Positions 38,139 to 48,496 of a stretch of DNA of 51,046 nt are shown here, piece by piece (the first letter of the stretch is position 1; each line of letters starts with the position of its first letter). This DNA comes from Nemertoderma westbladi (taxonomy: Eukaryota > Animalia > Xenacoelomorpha): positions 1 to 51,046 of the forward strand of contig JAUCBJ010005666.1 of the NCBI GenBank assembly GCA_032718475.1. Reading direction: 5' to 3'. Both the position numbers and the translations under genes were made by a program. The notes under the pieces were generated by a model that worked only from the letters and a program-made list of their open reading frames with translations, made no database searches and had not been told where the DNA came from.

Positions 38139-38471
38139 GCCCATTCTCCTTTCTTACTGGCTACTGCGCTATCCTTGTGGGGGCTGGGGCCACTATTCTA
38201 GTACAGAGTAGTTCCGTCTTCACCTCAACTCTCACCCCATTGGTCGGCATTGGTGTCATCTCATTGGATAGAATGTACCCGCTGACATTAGGATCTAATA
38301 TTGGTACTACTGCAACGGCTATTCTCGCCTCGTTGGCTAGCTCCGGCGATAAACTGGTTCCTACTATACAGATCGCTCTATGTCATCTGTTCTTTAATAT
38401 TAGCGGAATTTTAATTTGGTACCCTATTCCTTTTATGAGAAAAGGTCCAATTAACATGGCGAAAATGTTGG
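38139..38471 (+). CDS. SLC34A: SLC34 coding exon 8 ([16 protein letters not shown]...[12 protein letters not shown]...HLFFNISG)
   Basis: Second QSSS signature and GSNIGT; TTTACAG acceptor and G|GTAAG donor; phase 1-1. Confidence 0.97.
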
Positions 38472-38896
38472 GTAAGTAGAACACTTTTGACCTGATTTGT
38501 TAATGATGTTTAGCTTATGTTTTAACTAATTTACTAACTTAATTAGTGGTATTTAATTCACCTAACCCAGCTGCACCTTGCAATCCCACAAGCCGGGCTC
38601 TGCTATCGCCAGACGTACAATAAACAACCTCATTACGATATTTTACTATGACAACCCCTCGTTTGGTTTACAACCAACAATTTTATATCCAAGACACTGA
38701 ACTTAAAACATGGAATTTGGGATTTGGTATAGCTGACTGAGTGATTTGGGGGCGCCTTTCTTTCTGTTTCTGGGTCTACTAACATTGCACCATTAGCGCA
38801 GATGCATGTGGAGTGGGAGATGTATTTTTGTCACTTATTTTACTTTACATTTATATAATTATTACATATATTATAACTTACATTTCTTTCCTACAG

Positions 38897-39309
38897 GCAA
38901 CACAACCGCCAAATACCGATGGTTTGCGATTTTCTACCTGTTCATAATGTTCGGCGTTTTTCCCGCTATTGTTTTCTTCCTCTCTCTCGCCGGAACGTAT
39001 TACCTCATCGGATTTGGTGGCACCGCCGCTCTACTTTTAGTCTTCGTGGTTTTAATTAATATCCTCCAATCGAAACGGCCTCAATGTCTCCCACCGATCC
39101 TACGGAATTGGAACTTTCTCCCCAAGTTTCTGCATTCATTGGAACCGTTAGACCGAGTGTTTTCTAAGTTCGCTTGCGGTTGCTGTTATAAACGTTTTAG
39201 AAGCAAGTCGGAAAGCAAGCCTACTGAGGGTGATGACGTCATCCTTGATGTACTTGGTGGCCATGGTGATGGACCGAATGGTGTACATAACCGTGGTATG
39301 GAAGTATAA
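38897..39309 (+). CDS. SLC34A: SLC34 terminal coding exon 9 (GNTTAKYRWFA...LRNWNFLP...GMEV*)
   Basis: TTTCCTACAG acceptor; TAKYRWFA and WxFLP motifs; TAA at 39307-39309 closes a 626-aa joined frame. Confidence 0.96.
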
Positions 39310-39406
39310 CGCAACCTTATTGTGGGGCAAGTCAAAACTGCGAGCCATCAGCGAACTGTTATAATTATAATAAGGCCGTTTTCTAAACCTGTGTGGGTGA
39401 GGGTAG

Positions 39407-39429
39407 GTGTGTGTGTGTGTGTGTGTGTG
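39407..39429. repeat. (GT)n microsatellite in the probable 3' UTR
   Basis: Run of about 11 GT dinucleotides about 100 bp after the stop codon. Confidence 0.9.
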
Positions 39430-39818
39430 GGTGTCGGAAGCCAAGATATAACTAGCCATAGTATAATTATAATTGTTCGCTAAGATGGCTTGCAGCTTTT
39501 GCTGCAGGAAGGCTCCACTAGTGTTGCAATTATTGTCAACATTTTAGTTTTTCTAATTAAATTAATATGTTTTCTAATTCGAATTAAAATCTTTACCCAA
39601 ATTAAAATAATCTTCCATAAAATATTGCGAGATTCTTTCCATTATATTTTTTATAGTTTTCAATTTGACAAAGTAATTAATTTATTAATCATGAAATTAT
39701 ACCGTTTTGGTAACTGTGCCAACTCATTCACTATAAGTGCCTGTAACTCTTTCTCTATCCCAGTCTATAAAATGTAGCGCTAAAACTAGTAGACCTTAAG
39801 CTAAGCAAACCCGAGAAA

Positions 39819-39888
39819 CTACTACTACTATGATCTGCTGCATTGCAGCTGCATTTTTAAGAATGCTGTGCCGGCTTGAAAGTCGGGA
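39819..39888 (-). mobile_element. ~70-bp 3' tail of the same RTE-like family, with a 12-bp TSD
   Basis: TGCTGCATTGCAGCTGCATTTTTAAGnATGCTGTGCCGGCTT plus (CTA)n matches 35131-35197. Flanked by AAACCCGAGAAA at 39807-39818 and 39889-39900. Confidence 0.85.
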
Positions 39889-40026
39889 AAACCCGAGAAA
39901 AGTAACTATTTACCCTATAGCAAGTAACTCTTGTTGAAGAAAACTACGTCTATATACAGCCAAGTCTGAAAACATAGCAAACCTTGTAACAGTAGTAACC
40001 GAGAAATATTAAAGTACACATAAATA

Positions 40027-40373
40027 CACGTACGTGGGGACTCCGCGCACACAAGACGAGTCTTAGTGTAGGGGTATAATTAGTGGATCCGTCCGTTCCG
40101 TCAACTTAGTTGTCGTTGTCGTTGTGCAAAATGTTTGAACGCTAATAAGTCGGTCAATCTTTAATGAAATTGTACCAAACCTGGTACACATGTAGTCTAT
40201 CCTAAAGTTTAGAAATTCTTAGCACATACAGAGTTCTATAGGACTTATCTGTCGACCACTAGAAGGCGAATGACTAGTTCCACTAATTGTGCCTCTACGC
40301 AAATGAGCATCTGGACTTACTTGTGCGCGAAGTCTTCACGTACGTGGCTCGCCCCACACATAGAAACTCTTGT
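40027..40373 (+). mobile_element. Non-autonomous Helentron/HINE (DINE-1-like) element, copy 1
   Basis: Subterminal inverted repeats at 40027-40055 and 40320-40346, a TCCG/GTTGTC microsatellite-like tract, a core shared with 43885-43955, and a CTTGT end. Confidence 0.55.
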
Positions 40374-40467
40374 AAGTTCTGCTGTAGTAAGTAAACCTAA
40401 GCCTATATACACCTAACTGGAATACCTAGTACACAAATGTAAACATTAAAGTAACTTCTGAGCTAGT

Positions 40468-41697
40468 AAACCTATGCCTATTAACCTAACCTATAAATAT
40501 TATGTAACTTCTGCGGTAATAAACCTATGCCTATTAACCTTACCTATAAATATTATGTAACTTCTGCGGTAATAAACCTATGCCTATTAACCTAACTTAT
40601 AAATATTATGTAACTTCTGCGGTAATAAACCTATGCCTATTAACCTAACCTATAATTCTTAATGTAACTTCTGCGGTAATAAACCTATGCCTATTAACCT
40701 AACCTATAAATATTATGTAACTTCTGCGGTAATAAACCTATGCCTATTAACCTTACCTATAAATATTATGTAACTTCTGCGGTAATAAACCTATGCCTAT
40801 TAACCTAACTTATAAATATTATGTAACTTCTGCGGTAATAAACCTATGCCTATTAACCTAGCCTATAATTCTTAATGTAACTTCTGCGGTAATAAACCTA
40901 TGCCTATTAACCTAACCTATAAATATTATGTAACTTCTGCGGTAATAAACCTATGCCTATTAACCTTACCTATAAATATTATGTAACTTATGCGGTAATA
41001 AACCTATGCCTATTAACCTAACTTATAAATATTATGTAACTTCTGCGGTAATAAACCTATGCCTATTAACCTCACCTATAATTCTTAATGTAACTTCTGC
41101 GGTAATAAACCTATGCCTATTAACCTAACCTATAAATATTATGTAACTTCTGCGGTAATAAACCTATGCCTATTAACCTAACCTATAATTCTTAATGTAA
41201 CTTCTGCGGTAATAAACTTATGCCTATTAACCTAACCTATAAATATTATGTAACTTCTGCGGTAATAAACCTATGCCTATTAACCTAACCTATAAATATT
41301 ATGTAACTTCTGCGGTAATAAACCTATGCCTATTAACCTTACCTATAAATATTATGTAACTTATGCGGTAATAAACCTATGCCTATTAACCTAACTTATA
41401 AATATTATGTAACTTCTGCGGTAATAAACCTATGCCTAATAACCCAACCTGTACTTGTTAATGTAACTTCTGCGGTAATAAAGATGCCTATTAACCTAAC
41501 CTATAAATATTATGTAACTTCTGCAGTAATAAACCTATGCCTATTAACCTAACCTATAATTCTTAATGTAACTTCTGCGGTAATAAACTTATGCCTATTA
41601 ACCTAACCTATAAATATTATGTAACTTCTGCGGTAATAAACCTATGCCTATTAACCTAACCTATAAATATTATGTAACTTCTGCGGTAATAAACCTA
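40468..41697. repeat. 53/54-bp AT-rich tandem repeat, about 23 copies
   Basis: Unit AAACCTATGCCTATTAACCTAACCTATAAATATTATGTAACTTCTGCGGTAAT; period measured from 40521 to 40574. Confidence 0.97.
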
Positions 41698-41751
41698 ACG
41701 TCTGTGGTAGTAATCCTACGCCTATACTATACACTTAACTCTTAAGCATAG

Positions 41752-42003
41752 TAAAACTACTAACAAACACTAAAGTAACTTTTATCTAAGTAAACCTAAA
41801 CATATAAGCCGTCTTAAAACTACTAACAAACACTAAAGTAACTTTTATCTAAGTAAACCTAAACATATAAGCCGTCTTAAAACTACTAACAAACACTAAA
41901 GTAACTTTTATCTAAGTAAACCTAAACATATAAGCCGTCTTAAAACTACTAACAAACACTAAAGTAACTTTTATCTAAGTAAACCTAAACATATAAACCG
42001 TCT
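41752..42003. repeat. 63-bp tandem repeat, 4 copies
   Basis: Units start at 41752, 41815, 41878 and 41941 and are nearly identical. Confidence 0.97.
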
Positions 42004-42060
42004 CTTAAAACTACAAGTATAATTTAAAGCAAATCTTTACTTTCAACTCACTTATTTAGG

Positions 42061-42837
42061 GGATAGTTATAAAACCCGAAATTAACGAAAAAGACGAAAT
42101 TAATAGCGAAAATATCGAAATTATAAAACTTTAAATAAAATCTAACTTTCCAGTACGATAGGTATTATTAGAAGGCACACTTAACATTTTTTAATTAATA
42201 AAATCTGATAATTTCGCCCCATTTTCGACCCTAAAAGTAATTTAATACCAAATACTGTCTCTGCTGATTGGTATTTAGGGGTAATCCAATGATGGCAAAA
42301 CACCACAAGATGGCGCTCAAAATAGGACAATACAGTCAGAGTGTAGGCCTACTGCATTGCGACTGTAGGTATGTTCCCCAGTCAGCCTGTTCACAACCAC
42401 CGCCCCACTTTCCTGGCAGTCACTGTACAGTGTAGTAGGGCCCTACACCTGTAACGCGGAGGTACCGTACACCGTAATGCGTATGCAGTGTTGGTTTGGG
42501 TTTGGGTTAGGGTACTTCTGACCGGACAAGTTCCCTTAACTTTACCCCTTCAGGCTGTACCATGCTTGTGATACACCAGAACACTGATCAGGATCAGCTG
42601 ATGCTGAATTGATTCATCCAAGCCGCCATTATTGGTCAACATCCAACAACCAACCAGCAGACAGTATTTGGTATTAAATTACTTTTAAGGTCGAAAATGG
42701 GGCAAAATTATCGGATTTTATTAATTAAAAAATGTAAAGTGTGCCTTCTAATAGTACCGATCGTACTGGAAAGTTAGATTTTATTTAAAGTTTTATAATT
42801 TCGTATTTTTCGATATTTTCGGGTTTTATAACTATCC
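42061..42837. mobile_element. 777-bp non-autonomous Mutator-like (MULE) DNA transposon
   Basis: ~200-bp imperfect TIRs (GGATAGTTATAAAACCCGAAA...TTTCGGGTTTTATAACTATCC), a perfect 9-bp TSD TTATTTAGG at 42052-42060 and 42838-42846, and no transposase. Confidence 0.88.
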
Positions 42838-43778
42838 TTATTTAGGAAGGGGGAAAACTTTGCTATTGGATTCCTATGAAATTCTTGTTAGCAAAATAAT
42901 TTATTTTAAATATGAAGTTCTACAATTTCATTAATAATCTTATTACAAAATAATAATTATTATTATATGTTCATAGTTTTTTAAGCAATGGGTGCATTTT
43001 ATTTTGTTTTGTAGGCCTATACAGTATTACTAACTGTTTACAGAACAATAGCCTTTGTGCTTTGCTTATTTTAGAAAAAGTGGGGCTGCTTATAACCCGC
43101 AACATTCTGACTGACATACGTAAATAGGATTTTATACTTGGTTTTGTGTAAACACGGTATCTTGTTTATGTAATAATAGTTGTATTGGGAATAATATTTT
43201 CATTTCTTATTAAAGGTTTTTTTGTGCATAATGAATTATTGAATAATGTCAATATTAAATATATATTAAATATTATGATAATTTAATGATAATATTAAAT
43301 ATTATGCAATTGGAAAAGCTTATCCCATCTCATTCTTCTTATATTATATTAACCTTTTTTTTACTTTTCTTAACTAATAATTTACGAGCTCACACATTAA
43401 GGAGTTATCAGTACTTAGATAGATGTTAATAAACCCTCTGTTGGTCAGACGGTGTTTGTAAACAGTAACACATAGTAGTAGTACACGTTCGTGTGTCCTT
43501 CGCGCAGCACGATACTCAGTTAACTTGAGAAGCTGTAATCCGAGTACTATTAGTATTTACAATACGCCACCAAGGGACTGACAGAGGAAATGACTTAGTC
43601 TGTTGGTACTAAAAATTATTCATAAAGTTCTAATGTTCATAGGTAATTTCTACCAAATTTCATATGAATCTGTACCAGCTAGTATGTCTGACCCCACTAC
43701 GGCACACGCAGTCTGTCTAACTTCTCCCCTAATGGTAGGTTCTACAATCCAACTTATAGCTACTTCTAGGATTTTTAC

Positions 43779-44225
43779 AATTCCCCCCCCCTAGCGTCTG
43801 ACAGAGGAACTATAGAAGTCTGTTTGTGTGTATAATTTTTAATTTTTGTTTGTTGTTGTCGTCTGTCATACATTTTTGATTACCAATAACTCGGTCAATC
43901 CTTGATGGAATTAAACCAAACTTGGTACGTATGTAGTCCATCAAAAGTTTAGAAAGAATCTGAAGTTTGGTCAAAAATCAGACGTCAGTCGGTACCGGTA
44001 GTTTCAGACTTATGATGAAAAACATAATTAAGTTGGTCAATCATGGATGAAAGCAACCAAACTTGGTAAACATGTTGTCTGTCAAAGGTTTCAGAACACT
44101 GTGTACACACAGACAAACTTCTCTAGGTGGGATAAATATTTCTCCATTTGACGCAACACCGCCGCGGCCGCTATGAGGGAGGTGAATACCGCGGCCGCTC
44201 CTAAAGCCGCAGGCCATCGCTAACT
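43779..44225 (+). mobile_element. Helentron/HINE-like element, copy 2, with two core repeats
   Basis: Core GGTCAATC..ACCAAACTTGGTA..ATGT..AAAGTTT at about 43892 and 44034, also present at 40152. Has a GTTGTCGTCTGTC tract and a GC-rich self-complementary 3' region. Boundaries are approximate. Confidence 0.5.
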
Positions 44226-45999
44226 ATATAGGTTAACTTGGGATTCTGGGGGACTTTTCGATGAAGGAACAGACCAAATTTTTTTATTTTCTCACCAGGG
44301 GAGCGGCTCGGAATTCTAAGATATTAGCAACTCTAACATTAGCAAATCTAACCCTTCGACGGACACGGCGGACAAAAATCCGTCATTTTTTCGACAATTT
44401 TAAAATTTTTTTGAAAGGCGCTCTACAGTGGCTCGAAAAAACCCTAGGTTATTGCTTAGCCGACGCCGGGATACGATAGAAGGGATTAATTAGTGAATTC
44501 GTTTTTTTTTTCAAAAAAGATTACCACGCCTTTTTTCCGAAAATGTCCGTTGTAAAAGCTTTTGCGGAATTGGCTGGTTATTTTCCCCGCAAAGTACTCT
44601 GTAGTTGGTTTAACGGGCATAAAAAGCCGTTTCCTTACTGTACTGGTGTTTTAGTGGACATAACAAGCCATTTCTTCTGTATGTGTACTTTAGCGGACAT
44701 AATTAGCAATTCTATGACGCAATGCGCTAGATCCTCTTGAAACAGTGTATAGTTACTATGACGACAGCTAACAGCTGAGCTGTACACGTGTAGCTTTTCC
44801 TTGTTCTCTGGTGTTTCTTTGTTCGGTCAACCAATCAGAGCGATTCTCCTGCTTTTGTACAGAAACCTCCGAGAAATCGCGCAATGCATTATGGGTCAAT
44901 GTTTACATTTTGTCCTGAGCCCAGAAGATCGGCTTCGGAATCTCTGTGTTTTCAGTCTTTAGCCCAACATTAGTAGGCTTAATTATAGAACGTATATCTG
45001 TTATCTCACTCACTCACCTAATCATATTGTCAACTACAAACACCGCATTTTTACTGCTATTTACTGTCGGTTATTCATTATATCTGTTGATGGAATATTA
45101 TTATATTTGGATAATATCAATCAATAATCAGACACCCCAATCTTCTTGATATACTGAAGGTTAGAGAGACCGGTTACATATAACGATTGCGACTTACATT
45201 AAAGTGGTTCTGAAGTGAATCTAATGCTATTTCATAGGCCCTACATGTATTGGTTGTTGTTCTCTTTATATGTGACTAAAATTAGTGAAGGTCGGCAGAT
45301 CGGTGTGCAGCATTGTGCAGTATTGTGTATGATTGTGACTGATAACAAAGCATCTCCTAAAGAATGCGCCATATACGTGAATCTATAGCCATCCCGTTGT
45401 GTCTAGTTTAAGTCATAACTCTGTTTACATATTTAGAGCGCCACGTCCTAAAGGAACTGTTAATATTTCCCGAAAGTGAATAATATTTGTCAGAGATTAT
45501 ATATTACGATCAGTCGAATAATACAGTAGGCCTACACCGCAATACGGTTAGGCTTCCGAATCCAGTCTCCCGGGTATATCCAGCGGGTGAATGATCGCGC
45601 ATAGACTGGCTTCGGCTAATGTAGTGTATCAAATACGTGTCATAGGCTAAAGACGATCTATTATCTAGAAGACATCCCAATTTGGCAGGTTAAACTGCTA
45701 AAGGTCTGAAAGCGCGAACAATAACAGATATAGCTTCTGTATTGCAGTAGGCAATAAAGCTGAAGTACCGGTCAACCGGTACCTAGTAGGCCTGACTACC
45801 TAACCACCCGGACCGGTACCTACAGCAGTACAGGTACAGCAGTATTATTCGATTTTGATAATTGTATACCGGTAGGCCCTAATACTTAATCAGGGACTGC
45901 AGCCCTGGTTTTTTATTGGGATTTTACTTATTTCTGTCAGTTTTATTTATTTGTAGGCCAATATTGAGCAGAAGGCGTGTAAGCCTGCTCAGATTGTAC

Positions 46000-47294
46000 A
46001 GATAATTTGTAGGCTGGACTGTTGTCTGACTGTTGTTAAGTCTGAAGTGACTGTAGTGTGTGTAGAGCGTATGTCCGAAAAGTACTAGTTAGGAAAGTAG
46101 GGGCTTCCAGTGCTGTGAGGTAAACCCCCTCGAAAGAATAAGTCGTACTACTCGGTTAGAACGCATACTAACTAACCATTTCGGAGTCTGCATATACTGT
46201 AGTGTATTTAGGCTTGATAGTAGTCTGCCAGCGTTTGGTCTGTACTTTGTTTGTGTAGTCTGTATGGGTAGATAGATAGATAGATTTATTTATACATTAT
46301 GTAAAAACAATAACAAATACACCAAACAATGTACCGGTATAAAGGTATTGTCCAACATAACATATAGGATTACCCCTAAAGCTTTGCAGCTTATTTCCAA
46401 GGGGGTCCTTTATGTTACTTGGTTACAAATACAATATTACACTACGCTAACCTAAAACCAATATAAAACGTAATTACACTATGTATATGTACAACTTTAC
46501 CGAGAGCGTGACAATGCCCGACTCAACGGTAAAGATGTAATGTACAGAACAATTTATTATAAAACGTAATTACAGTATAAATAGTAAATAATTAATAAAC
46601 TAATAACTTACTGTAGGACTATTGTACCTATTTTTACATTGCACACGGAGATGAGATTTAACTGCAGATTTAAAAGAATGTTGATTATAGGGTAGCGTAA
46701 TATTTCTTATTTAGATAATTTGTAGGCTGGATTGTTGCCTAGCTGTTGTTAGGTCGGAAGAGATTGCGGTGTTTGTAGAGTGTATGTCCGATAAAGTGCC
46801 AGTTGGGAACGTAGGGGCTTCCAGTGCTGTGAGGTAAACCCCCTCGAAAGAATAAGTCGTACTACTTGGTTAGAACGCATACTAACTAACCATTTCGGAG
46901 TCTGCATATACTGTAGTGTATTTAGGCTTGATAGTAGTCTGCCAGCGTTTGGTCTGTACTTTGTTTGTGTAGTCTGTACGGGTAGCGTAATATTTCTTAT
47001 TTAGATAATTTGTAGGCTGGATTGTTGCCTAGCTGTTGTTAGGTCGGAAGAGATTGCGGTGTTTGTAGAGTGTATGTCCGATAAAGTGCCAGTTGGGAAC
47101 GTAGGGGCTTCCAGTGCTGTGAGGTAAACCCCCTCGAAAGAATAAGTCGTACTACTCGGTTAGAACGCATACTAACTAACCATTTCGGAGTCTGCATATA
47201 CCGTAGTTTGTTTAGGCTTGATAGTAGTCTGTCAGCATTTGGTCTGCATTTTGTTTGAGTAGTCTGTACGCGTAGCGTAATATTTATTATTCAG
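46000..47294. repeat. Three ~290-bp tandem direct repeats
   Basis: Copies at about 46000-46271, 46691-46980 and 46981-47270 share GGGGCTTCCAGTGCTGTGAGGTAAACCCCCTCGAAAGAATAAG and flanking sequence. Confidence 0.93.
46272..46689 (-). mobile_element. 5'-truncated CR1/L2-like LINE tail inserted between repeat copies 1 and 2
   Basis: Minus strand reads SFKSAVKSHL (FKxxLKxxL-like ORF2 end), then a GGACCCCCTTGGAAATAAGC box, AATAAA and a (CTAT)n tail. GGGTAG occurs on both flanks; the insert is absent at the copy 2/3 junction. Confidence 0.65.
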
Positions 47295-48496
47295 AGTTTA
47301 TGCGATTATTCGCAACATTCATATCCCCAAGTTAATTCCTACAGTAATTGTGCTTGTTATATATACTGTTATAGTTAAACTAACCCCGGTACTACATCAG
47401 GGCTGCTTGGCGTAGGTAAAGACTGGTGATTTTGTGCCCCGGTCACTCCAGCAGATACCGTGGTTCTTTTAGCTGTTCAAGTATTTTTAACTACTGATTA
47501 TTTGTTGTATAAGTACTTGTACCTAATTTAGGGTTTAGTGTACAGTGCTTTCCGAAGGTAATTAGTGTGTAGGCAGTATATTTGTGTTGTAAAGTGGTTA
47601 ATAGGCACGTTGGTTCTGGTAGACCGCGGTAATTAACTTCTAGGTAGGAACACTCCGTGATACATAACGTAGTACTTATAGCGATACGGCTATAAGTCGT
47701 CAGACGGTGGTATTTTTTCTATCTGGACAACGCAATATATTTACTACTGCTTGTTATTTTCAAATACCGTAGTACCCTGTCCGTTGTAATAACCAGATAT
47801 TCTAACCCTTTGTTAGGCTGGTTTGTAGACTTCTTGTAAAATTACCCTAAAAATTCGTACTTGTAATTTTTTGTGTTTATTTAGAGATTGTAATCTCACC
47901 CCGAATTGTACGTAATTTGTAGTATTAAGTAACTTAGGTAAATTAGAATTATTTGTTTTAGTGTCCCACAAGTAGCACTTCACTGAGAGCGCACAGCTTC
48001 TGTGTAGTGACTCCCCCCAGAAATAATAACATTTATTTCAAATATTGACAAAAACCCATTTTAACGGGTATATATATTATAAATCAACTCAAACGATTTA
48101 TAAATAGTAGGCCTGCCATACAACAATTAGGTCTTAATATCAGTTGGACTACTGCTTAAATAACGGTAATAAAGTAAGTTAAAGTAACCAAGTAATCCCT
48201 AAAATTCAGAAATTCAATTATTCTAAAATAATTGACATACCGGTATTTACAATAGGCTTATATTTATTTCTATAAATTTAGGCTGAAATTATATACCGGT
48301 ATTCTGTGATAAACCTAGTCTGTAATAATACTTATATATATACTATAAGCATACCGGTATTCTAATATATTATATATATATCACGCTACACTGAGTAGCA
48401 GTATCGGTAATCAATTACTAAGCTAACGGTGATACTGAATTACTAGACTTGCTGTAACTGTAATATAGCAGTAGGCATTCAACTGTACAATCAAAC

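Noticed and set aside
40468-41697. Telomere-like (TTAGG)n sequence
   Set aside because: Only two TAACC units per 53-bp monomer, not a telomeric tract.
44901-45220. Primer-binding site candidates (TTTGTCCTGAGCCC, TGGTTCTGAAGTG)
   Set aside because: Poor matches to tRNA 3' ends, and no LTR boundary can be confirmed within the window.
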